From Spirochaetia bacterium (GTDB lineage Bacteria; Spirochaetota; Spirochaetia; SZUA-6; Bin103): a stretch of DNA of 64,000 nucleotides. How positions within the stretch are numbered: position 1 is the stretch's first letter; each line of letters begins with the position of its first letter. The notes below the pieces were generated by a model. That model was not told the DNA's origin, ran no database searches, and saw only the letters and a list, made by a program, of their open reading frames with translations. The position numbers were made by a program, and so were the translations under genes. The DNA is taken from assembly GCA_965203905.1 (NCBI GenBank), contig CBDBDQ010000005.1:4448001-4512000 (forward strand), written 5' to 3'. This document shows positions 40,832 to 52,226 of the stretch, one piece after another.

Positions 40832-40855
40832 GACGCGTCAGTATGTACGCGTCAT
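40830..40855. promoter_or_regulatory. Palindromic operator-like site over the methyltransferase start
   Basis: ATGACGCGT-N8-ACGCGTCAT perfect 9-bp inverted repeat. Confidence 0.4.
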
Positions 40856-40964
40856 CCTCGACCTTGTCGAGCACCCGTGCCGCCAACGCCCTTGGCGCCT
40901 TCGGCCCCGACGCAGGTAGGTTGCCCCTGTGTTGCTATCGCGCCGACCTGCAACTCCTCTATCG

Positions 40965-42215
40965 TCAGCCGTCACGCTGGGAGCCGCAGAACAGGCGCCG
41001 CACCGTCTGGTTGGGAATAACCATGCGGGGAATGTATTCACGCTCTGGTTGGATGCTCAGCAGGCCGAAGTAGTGCAGCAGCGACGGGAGGTTCTCCGGC
41101 TGGGCCAGTTCCTCCAGCAGAAAGCCGTCACGGACCGGGCTTTCCACGGCGCTTTCGCAGGCCAGTTGGCGCAGCATGTCGAAGGTCTCGTTGAGCTTCC
41201 GGTTGCCGGTCAGCAGGTGGCGCAGCTTGTCGTAGTGGACGCGTACACTGCCATCGATCAGGTCGTCCGGCGGTCCACCGTTCGAGATCGATTCCATCAG
41301 GTAGCGGAGCACCGATTTCGTGTGGTAGAGGTCGTTCCGGGCGCGCTCGCCGAATCGGTAGCCGCCGTACCACTCACCCATGACGGCCATCGCCTCGTTC
41401 ACGTCCTGGTCGAACACGCCGAGCTGGCGGTAGCGCTCCAGCAGGTCGCATACCTCCGCTTCCGTGAAACCCAGCATCTCGTTGAACTCCGGACGCAGGC
41501 TGATGTCCATGCCGATGTTGAAGCCGCCGGTCACGCCGGCCATGCTGATCGGCGTCACCCCGGCGACAAAAATGCGCTCGATGCCGCCGTGTCCGGTGCC
41601 GGCCTTGAGCGTGGCGAAGAAGCTGCGGTAGAAGCCGGCAAAGTCCGGGGCCGGCCACCGGCTCGCACCGGTGCCGCGATCGGCCAGAACGGAATCGGCG
41701 AGGTAGTCGTAGCCGTCGATCAGTACGTACAGCGGAACGCCGTGCGTTGACCCGCGCAGGAACAACTCGTTCAGCTTCGATTCGATGCTGGACGCCGCCA
41801 GGATGCGCTGCCTCACCGCGTCGGGGAACAGGTCACGGTTGCACTCCAACGCGTGGCGGAGGCTTCGGGAGCAATGCTGATCGAAGGGTTCCCGCGAGGT
41901 CTCCGCGGCGTCGCCAAGCGCGGAGAAGTCGAAGTGCAGGATGACGTAGCGGTGGCGCTCCGGCGTCGGTCGCCGTGCGATGTCGGTGCCGGCGAACAAT
42001 GCCTCGAACCGGCCGGCGGCGTTGCGATCGTAGTAGTTCCGCAGCAGCGAAACCCAGCACGACTTCCCGAACCCGCGGGGGCGCATCAGAAAGGCGTAGT
42101 GTACCTCTTCCAGCTCGTGCAGAAAGCGGGTCTTGTCGACGTAGAGCATCCGTTCGCGGCGCATCGCCTCGAAGTCGGTGCGGTCGTAAGGAATCTGGGG
42201 ATACGCGGTGCTCAT
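40965..42215 (-). CDS. AAA-ATPase-like protein, apparently lacking the C-terminal PD-(D/E)XK nuclease domain
   Basis: IPY...DFE...YVDKT, RPRGFGKS, LIDGYD, GVTPI, GFTEAEV, WYGGYRF, IPNQTVR followed by an early stop; GGAGGTG RBS. Confidence 0.8.
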   Translation of the reverse strand: MSTAYPQIPYDRTDFEAMRRERMLYVDKTRFLHELEEVHYAFLMRPRGFGKSCWVSLLRNYYDRNAAGRFEALFAGTDIARRPTPERHRYVILHFDFSALGDAAETSREPFDQHCSRSLRHALECNRDLFPDAVRQRILAASSIESKLNELFLRGSTHGVPLYVLIDGYDYLADSVLADRGTGASRWPAPDFAGFYRSFFATLKAGTGHGGIERIFVAGVTPISMAGVTGGFNIGMDISLRPEFNEMLGFTEAEVCDLLERYRQLGVFDQDVNEAMAVMGEWYGGYRFGERARNDLYHTKSVLRYLMESISNGGPPDDLIDGSVRVHYDKLRHLLTGNRKLNETFDMLRQLACESAVESPVRDGFLLEELAQPENLPSLLHYFGLLSIQPEREYIPRMVIPNQTVRRLFCGSQRDG

Positions 42216-42264
42216 CTCGACACCTCCGTCACCTCCGTGGTGAAAATCGGCGCAAATTGGCGCG

Positions 42265-42440
42265 GCCGACATCCGTTCCTTCCATCGGTTCGCGCTTCAT
42301 TCTGTTCTTCAGCCAGGCGGCGACCTCGCTCCGGCTGTTCAGGGCTTCCTCGATCTCGCGTTCAACCGGACTCAACGCCGCCAACCGCGTAGCGCGCTCC
42401 TCGGTGTGGGCGACCGAGCGATTCGAGAGCCATCTGCCGT
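42265..42440 (-). pseudogene. Possible C-terminal remnant of a type III RAMP gene (Cmr6-like)
   Basis: EERATRLAALSPVEREIEEAL..EVAAWLKNRMKRE, then RWKE after a frameshift; resembles Cmr6 tails from memory only. Confidence 0.3.
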
Positions 42441-42464
42441 TGCCGCTCAGGGACGAACACCGTC

Positions 42465-42746
42465 TCAAGCCGTCTCGAACCGCTCCACCGTGATCTGTTC
42501 GGCGCGGTCCCGGGCCTGCCAGAGATCGTAGGCCATCTGCATGCCGAGCCAAGTCTCTGGAGTGGAACCAAACGCCTTCGACAGGCGAATGGCCATATCG
42601 ATGGAAACACGCACCTTCTCATTGACCAGTTCGGAGAGGACGCGCCGCGTCACGCCGAGCCCTGCGGCTGCCCGCGTGACCGAGAGGCCGAGATGCTCAA
42701 GGCACTGTCGCCGGACGATGCCGCCGGGATGGGGGGGATTGTGCAT
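42465..42746 (-). CDS. higA: HigA-family antitoxin
   Basis: MHNPPHPG, HTH, MAIRLSKAFGSTPETWLGMQMAYDL. Confidence 0.93.
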   Translation of the reverse strand: MHNPPHPGGIVRRQCLEHLGLSVTRAAAGLGVTRRVLSELVNEKVRVSIDMAIRLSKAFGSTPETWLGMQMAYDLWQARDRAEQITVERFETA

Positions 42747-42767
42747 AGATACGATCGTAACACGTCG

Positions 42768-42990
42768 TCAGTGGAAGTCTACGTAGTCGACGACGGCAGA
42801 TCCGTCCTCGAAGCAGAAGGTAACACGCCAATTCGCGGACACGGCAACAACGAGTATCCCTTCATGGTCCGTAGCGGATGGAGCCGAAACCTCGGCAGAT
42901 CCATGCCTTCGGGTCCACTGCTTGATCGAGCGTGGCGAGGATGTCCAGCAGCTTCGACACGTGTTCAGGCGGAACCCGGTCGCGCAGGCG
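42768..42990 (-). pseudogene. higB: Frameshifted HigB/RelE toxin
   Basis: Three frames needed: VPPEHVSKLLDILATLDQA / MDLPRFRLHPL / VSANWRVTFCFEDGSAVVDYVDFH; the 5' end is lost. Confidence 0.8.
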
Positions 42991-43080
42991 TTTGCCTGCG
43001 CGTTACCGGCGGATTTGACGCGCAAGGACGAAGCGCTGGATGCCGGACAGGTCACGGGCGAGGTAGAGGGCCTTGCTCAC
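42985..43080 (-). pseudogene. Cas10 (Csm1-like) N-terminal remnant
   Basis: GTG overlaps the csb2 stop (GTGA); MSKALYLARDLSGIQRFV, then with indels LRVKSAGNAQ-KRLR, echoing the Cas10 DLSGIQxF...KxLRARS motif. Confidence 0.5.
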
Positions 43081-44813
43081 GGGGCGCCGGTCCTTGGGGC
43101 GATCGAATCTGTGGCGGCGAACAACCCGAGGCCGAAGTGGCAGCCGTAGCCGAGGGCGACCGGGCCGGAGACCGACTCCGGGAAGTGCACGCGCAGCAGC
43201 GCGCCGTGCGGGTCGGAGGCGCGTTCGCGGCCGCGGGAGCGGAAGCGGTGATACTGGAGCGACCGGCGGCGGTTGCCGTGGACCTCCACGAAGGGGAGCA
43301 GGTCGACCTGAATGCGGCCGGTCAGCGATGGGCCCAGGATGCCTCGACGCTGGATGAGCCGGCGCACTTCGCGGGGGTAGCCGGTAGCCTCCGCCAGGGG
43401 GCCTTCGATCATTCGACCGGCTTCCAGCGTGCGGCGGGCAGTGCGTCCCTCGCCGGTTCGCTTCAGGTGAGCAGTCGGCAGAAAGGGGGTGACGCTGTCC
43501 CAAACCCGTGCATGCCGGAATAGAGCGGAGAATTGCGCGAACTCCTCACACGTGCCGAAGCCTTCCAGTGCCAGCCGCCACTCGCGGCGGCCGCCTTCTT
43601 CGGTAGCGCTGCCCGCCTGGGAGCCGCGTGCCGGTAGCCACAACCGCGTCAGCCGATCGAGGGCGGCCCGCACCCGGGTGTCGAATCCGCTAGCAGCGTA
43701 CACGCACACGTGGTCGATCAGACCGTCCCCGTCGGCGTCCTCCGGAAGCCAGAAGGCATGCGAATGGTGGGCGTCGCGCAACGGAGTGTTACCCTCGCCA
43801 CGGCCGGAGATCTCGGGCGGTGCCAGCGCTCGGGAGCGCCCGGTGCGCGGATCCGATTCCCAGCCGAACTGTGACAGAGCCGCGCGGCGCATCAGCTCGC
43901 CGATCCTTACCGCGTCTTCGATGCGCGGTTGCGGGCGTCCGGCAAGCAGATAACGGGCGACCGTGTAGCGGGAAGGGTCCGGTATCCGTGCACCGCGCGG
44001 CACCACGCGGCGCGGGTGGGGTGAGAGCGGCGTGCGCTCGTAGTGGATCTCGTGCGCCGCCGGAGGCCGGTTCCAGCCGTGTTTCTGGAAATCGGCGGTG
44101 TCCACGGCTACCGCGTCGATAAGGCGGTTCGGCAGCGTGCGGCCGAAGCGTCTCTGCCGCTTCCTGCCCAGCGCCAGCGAGGTAGGCGGTCGCTTGCCGG
44201 CTGCGTGCGCTGCCGCCCGCTCCTCAGCGTCCGCTTGTGCCAGGAGGCGCTCGCGCCGCGCCGCATAATCGCTGGCGGTGAGCGGTCCCGGTACCGAAAC
44301 TAACTCTCCGAAGCCGTTCGCAGTGCCCTCAACGGGCAGACAATTGGCCCCCGATCGATCCCACTCCGCCGTCGCGCTGCACTGCACCCAGCTCTCGGCG
44401 CGGCCAAGGTACCCGATGCCGTCGGCAAGATCGGTAACCAAGTCGAACAGCCGGGGTTCCAGCAGGAGGTCCGGCCACGCGACGACGATCGATGCGCCCT
44501 CCGGCAGGTGAGCGAAGGCATCGAACACCAGGGTCTTCCTGGCCGGCGCGGGCATGTAGTGCCGAGTGTGCGCGTGTACGGCGCCCTCGGGCAAGTGGTA
44601 AATCGGTGTCGCCTCCGCCAGCGCATCGATCAGGTTCGCGGCCTCTTCCTTCGACCAGTGCGCGCAGGATCCCTTGCGCCAGTAGGTAGCGATCAGCGCT
44701 CGCAGGATTCGCCACGGCTCCGGCGGCCACGCCACGTCGGCCTCGTTGACATGGCGGCCCCACGGGGTCGCGTGGTAGCGGTGCGCCGGAAAGCTGAACG
44801 AGAGCGCGAGCAT
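43077..44813 (-). CDS. csb2: Type I-G Csb2 (Cas5/Cas6 fusion)
   Basis: RYHATPWGRHVNEADVAWPPEPWRILRALIA, YLGRAESW, WDSVTPF, C-terminal GPVALGYGCHFGLGLF loop. Confidence 0.93.
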   Translation of the reverse strand: MLALSFSFPAHRYHATPWGRHVNEADVAWPPEPWRILRALIATYWRKGSCAHWSKEEAANLIDALAEATPIYHLPEGAVHAHTRHYMPAPARKTLVFDAFAHLPEGASIVVAWPDLLLEPRLFDLVTDLADGIGYLGRAESWVQCSATAEWDRSGANCLPVEGTANGFGELVSVPGPLTASDYAARRERLLAQADAEERAAAHAAGKRPPTSLALGRKRQRRFGRTLPNRLIDAVAVDTADFQKHGWNRPPAAHEIHYERTPLSPHPRRVVPRGARIPDPSRYTVARYLLAGRPQPRIEDAVRIGELMRRAALSQFGWESDPRTGRSRALAPPEISGRGEGNTPLRDAHHSHAFWLPEDADGDGLIDHVCVYAASGFDTRVRAALDRLTRLWLPARGSQAGSATEEGGRREWRLALEGFGTCEEFAQFSALFRHARVWDSVTPFLPTAHLKRTGEGRTARRTLEAGRMIEGPLAEATGYPREVRRLIQRRGILGPSLTGRIQVDLLPFVEVHGNRRRSLQYHRFRSRGRERASDPHGALLRVHFPESVSGPVALGYGCHFGLGLFAATDSIAPRTGAP

Positions 44814-44825
44814 GTCGGCGAGCGA

Positions 44826-48079
<3,254 letters not shown>

Positions 48080-48090
<11 letters not shown>

Positions 48091-50536
48091 GCGTCACCTC
48101 CACTTCGGTAGCCGATGCCCGCCAGTCGGCGATGCGCAGGAGGGCTTCCAGCCACGCCAGTCGAAACGGTCCGTAGCGTTCCAGCAGACCGCGCGTACGT
48201 TCGGTCCAACTGGCCTCCGAACGGGCGTCCTCGCCCAGTTCCATCACTGACAGGCTCAGCTCACCCCCGGGCCACCGCTCGCCGGTTCCCAGTTCGACGT
48301 CCGGAAGCTGGTCGCCTTCCCACACGCCGCGCGCGAACCGCCGACCGTCGGGGCGGCCTTCAGCAGTGGTCCCCGGCTTCTCCGCGGGAAGCGCGCGCAG
48401 ATTCATGCGCACCTTGCCATGATGCGCGGCAATGAGGTACGCAACCAGGTCGGCGGCGCGCGACCACTCGGCATGGGCAAGCCATGCGAGGGCCGAGGCC
48501 AGCTCATGGCGGAAGTAGGGGCGACCCTTGCTTCGGTCATAGTGATGCGCTTTGGCAAGCACTGGCCCCGAGGCACTCGCGCCAAGTCGCTCTTGGAATG
48601 TGGCGTGGGCCTTCCCGACATCATGCCAGCGCGCCGCCTGGATTACCTCGCGTTTGCCAGTGACGGCCCCAAGAGTCTCGCAGAGCCGGTCGGCCTCCGA
48701 CACGACATGCTGGAGATGAGCGGTGAGAGGCACCACTGCCCGCTGCTGGCTCTCAGGATCCGCGTCCAGCGACTCAGCCACCCGCTGATCAGGATCCGGG
48801 GGATCGATCGGCATGACCGGGGCGGTCACGGTGGGGTCGAATCCGGTGCACGGTGAATAGCCTCCCGCGGTGACGTGCAGCATCAGCACGAGTCCGGGCC
48901 ACGGAGTGGCGTCAAGAGGCACCCAGGCCGTGCCGCGTTCGCCACCACCGCGCCGTCGTATCTGGGGATCGGTCTGATAGGCGCGCAACCGCTGTTTGGT
49001 GCGTACCGCTTTGAGCCAATCGCGCGCCTGTCCGATCGGCACTGCACACAGTTCCTCTCGCCGCGGCGGAGGCTCGTCGCGGGGACCTTCGGAACGGTCG
49101 AAGTCGCGCCAGAACACGCGGATGTCGGTGTCTTCCGCGTCGCGCACGTAGGGCGACACATCGACGTCGAAGCCGGTTAGATCTGGGTCGGTGTCATACA
49201 GATCGATCAGGTCCTTGCGGCGAATCACCCAGCGGTGCGCGCAATCCTCGGCAGCGGGAGGGGCCAGATTCGACGGTCTCGCGTCGTTCAAACTGGCGAT
49301 GCGCGAGCGTCCGATGGCCAGTTCGCGCGGCTCGTACGGGGCCGCCAGGGCGTCGTCAGCAGTGGTAAGGTCGATCCAGTGAATGGTCGCACCGCCGCTT
49401 TCGTTCAGTTCTCCGTACCGGTTCACCCGACCGAATCGCTGCACCATCGAGGAAGCCGGCGCCAACTCGGTGATGAGCGTAGCTGCGGACAGGTCGACTC
49501 CCGCTTCAATGGCTTGCGTGGTGACCACGATCAGGTCGCGCGCCGTGCGTGGCTGCGGCAGCTTCTCCATCTGCACGTGGCGGTCGCCGGGGCGAAACCG
49601 GGAGTGGATCAGGGCGAGGCGGTCGGGCGGCACACCCTGCTTGATGAGGGCCGCATGCACCCGTTGAGCACGGGCAACCGTGTTCAGGATTACCAGTGTC
49701 GTCCGCCCCGGTTGATGATGCGCGCGACCTGCTGCGGCCAACTCACGTACGTAAGCTGCGATGTCGGCCTTCCTGGCGCTCACCGGCCGGACCGGCGACG
49801 GCGCGATCCGTTTCGGCGCGTCGAGCAAGGTGCGGACGGCCGGAGACTGCTGGTCTCCTGGAAACTCGTCGGGAACGCGCCAGACGCGGGGATTGGCCGG
49901 TGCGTCCACCGTGTGCAGCCACCGAGGGTGCAGAGTGGCCGATACCCAGAGGCTGGCGGCGTCCGCCTCGGTCCCCAGTGTTCGCCGCAGCCCTTCGAGT
50001 TGCGTGGAGGTAGCCAGGCCAGAGCTCATGAGCTGGATCTCGTCGAACACCCACTGGACGTCGTTGTGAAGGAGAGCGAAATCGACCGGCCAGCGAAAGC
50101 GGCTCATGGCGTATCCGCGCATCAGTGCGCGGCTGATCAGCATGTCCTGGGTCCCGACCAGGACTGCCGGGCGCTCCGGCCACTCGTACCACCTTGGCTC
50201 GTCCTCCCCACCCATCAGGACGTGGACGTCGCGGTCGGCGTCGGGCAAACGTACCTGCCACTCCTGAACGGATGGAAGCCGTCGAAGCCACGCGGTCACG
50301 TTGCGCGCGGTCTGGTCGGCAAGCGTGCGCATCGGCAGGCAGTAAACCAGCCGGAGCGGAGCGGTTTCGGCTGAGATGACGCGCTTCCAGAGCCAAGCGA
50401 GCACTACCGCAGCGGTCTTGCCGAGGCCGGTAGGAGCTATGAGCGCATCCGGCCAGACGCGGTCGGCGAGCGCTTCCTGGTAAGCGAACGGCTTGGCTCC
50501 CCCTAACGCTGCGGAGAAGAAGTCGCGGTACGTCAT
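48080..50536 (-). CDS. cas3: Type I-G Cas3 (helicase with C-terminal HD nuclease)
   Basis: APTGLGKT, DEIQ, SAT, QRFGRVNR, then WHDVGK, RHELAS, HHG, IADW. Confidence 0.95.
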
Positions 50537-50760
50537 GGGGGCGTCTTCGCTCCAGGAGGAAGACGAACCTTCGCCATCTCGCGCATCTCGCTACTCTCCC
50601 GATCGCCGCCCGCGCTTGCAGCATCTTGGTATAGAATCACGTGCACGGAAGACTCTTCCCTCCACTCCTCGATACCGCCGATGGCGCGAGCACCGACCAC
50701 TACTCGAAACGAACGCTGCCCCGTCGACGTACTCCTGGCGTTCAGCTGCGCTATTGTCAT
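50533..50760 (-). CDS. Hypothetical 75-aa ORF in the cas3 leader
   Basis: Starts just after the predicted TSS and its stop overlaps the cas3 start (ATGA); no recognisable family and no RBS. Confidence 0.25.
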   Translation of the reverse strand: MTIAQLNARSTSTGQRSFRVVVGARAIGGIEEWREESSVHVILYQDAASAGGDRESSEMREMAKVRLPPGAKTPP

Positions 50761-50782
50761 TTCTTAGCCTACGGCGTAATCT
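50754..50782 (+). promoter_or_regulatory. Predicted promoter for the mini-CRISPR
   Basis: TTGTCA (50754-50759), 17 nt, TAATCT (50777-50782). Confidence 0.45.
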
Positions 50783-50806
50783 AACTATATACTTGATCGC
50801 GGTCAA
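50778..50806 (-). promoter_or_regulatory. Predicted sigma70 promoter of the cas operon
   Basis: TTGACC (50806-50801), 17 nt, TAGATT (50783-50778) in an AT-rich patch. Confidence 0.65.
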
Positions 50807-50814
50807 CAGCGAGT

Positions 50815-50920
50815 GTGCTACCGCCCAAGGCGGTCTCTTTGAAGCGATTACGCCGTCGGCGCAGTTCGCGTATGAGCCTCTCTATCCGGGCCTCAACCAT
50901 GAGACCCGGCCTCTTTGCCC
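50815..50920 (+). ncRNA. Degenerate mini-CRISPR encoding a crRNA-like regulatory RNA (CreR/CreA-like)
   Basis: Pseudo-repeat 1 GTGCTACCGCCCAAGGCGGTCTCTTTGAAGC (50815-50845); spacer about 50846-50880; pseudo-repeat 2 TCTATCCGGGCCTCAACCATGAGACCCGGCCTCTTTG. The spacer 5' end matches the cas promoter. Confidence 0.75.
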
Positions 50921-51195
50921 TCCGGGGGCGGTTTCGTCGTCGACCGGATGAGCGGTGTATGCCATGGTCAACGGTGGCGCATCAGCCGGCGACAGAACTA
51001 CGGCGCCGTTCCCGGCGAGCCGCCCCGACGCGCAGCGTTGTGGGAGACAAGGGGTCGGGTGGGTCGGGGGCAGAGCCGTAGCCTGATCCGAAAATGGTGG
51101 CCGCCGTGCACTGCTCCATTGCGCCGGTTTCATGGTCTTCCGTGTCACGGTGCGACCGTGCTGACTCAGCGGATTTCGGTCGCTATGCTGGAAGC

Positions 51196-51354
51196 GTGAT
51201 TCGCGTGGGAGTGATCGGGGCCGGCGCAGTCGCCCCGGTCAGTTGCCGCGACTTCGTCGCTTTGAACCGCGTGTTCGCCGCGCCGCGCGCGCCGGACGCG
51301 GTCTATCGCGCGGCAGCCGCCGGGCGGGAGGTGATCCTCGATGGATCGGACTGA
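51196..51354 (+). pseudogene. Internally deleted Gfo/Idh/MocA oxidoreductase
   Basis: N-terminal MIRVGVIGAGAVA joined almost directly to C-terminal DAVYRAAAAGREVIL. Confidence 0.55.
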
Positions 51355-51467
51355 CGGAAGTGATTGGACGAAGAACCGCGCTGCGTCGGGGCATCGCGCC
51401 ACTCCGCTCGATGTCTCGTGACCGGCGAGGGGCCATACTGAGCGATGGGGAGGCGGGCACCAGGCTG

Positions 51468-52109
51468 ATGCAACCGGACAAGGCGCCGACCGGGACCGAC
51501 GCCTGCATGCGCCCGGCCCGGGTCATCTTCCTGGACATCGACGGGGTGTTGCAGCCGACGTCGAGCCAGAAGCGGTTCAAGCATGATCTCGTTGCATTGC
51601 GCGAGAGCCTCGCCGAGCGCTTCGGCGCCGAATACCGGGAGGTGAACGAGTACGACCTGGGAGCGGTGGTCCATGACTGGCACGCCGGGGCGGTGGCGCG
51701 GCTGCGCGCCCTGTGCGACGACCACGGCGCCAGGATCGTCGTCAGCTCGGATTGGCGACTGCGGCGGTCGGTGGACCAGCTCCGGGCGCTGTTTCGCCTT
51801 CACGACCTGCATCACCTGGTGGTGGACCGCACGATCGACGCCTCGGGGCCGCCGCACTACCGAGCCGGGGAAGTGAAGCAGTATCTGGACACGCACCCCG
51901 AAATCGAACGCTTCGTCATCATCGACGACGGTTACCGCACGGAGTTCGACGGGCTTTTTCCCGAACAATTCGTTCACACCGGAAGCTTCATCGACGAGCC
52001 CGATGCTCTGCGTGCGCGCCAGATTCTTTCGGGTGGGCCGGTCACCCAGGAGAACAGACCTTTCGTTCGAACGGTCTTCCGCGGCGACTACCGTAGTCTC
52101 TTCGGGTAG
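51468..52109 (+). CDS. HAD-domain protein (Swiss-army-knife RNA repair type)
   Basis: VIFLDIDGVL, IVVSSDWR, RAGEVKQYL, FVIIDD. Confidence 0.75.
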   Translation: MQPDKAPTGTDACMRPARVIFLDIDGVLQPTSSQKRFKHDLVALRESLAERFGAEYREVNEYDLGAVVHDWHAGAVARLRALCDDHGARIVVSSDWRLRRSVDQLRALFRLHDLHHLVVDRTIDASGPPHYRAGEVKQYLDTHPEIERFVIIDDGYRTEFDGLFPEQFVHTGSFIDEPDALRARQILSGGPVTQENRPFVRTVFRGDYRSLFG

Positions 52110-52226
52110 TACTGGTCGAGTACGACCTCGATACGCATCGACGCGCCGGCGACGCCTGCCGTCGATCGGGGGTGGGCCGCGCAGCTTGTGGGATGGAGCC
52201 CATGGAGTTAGGCTCGCCGGTAACCG

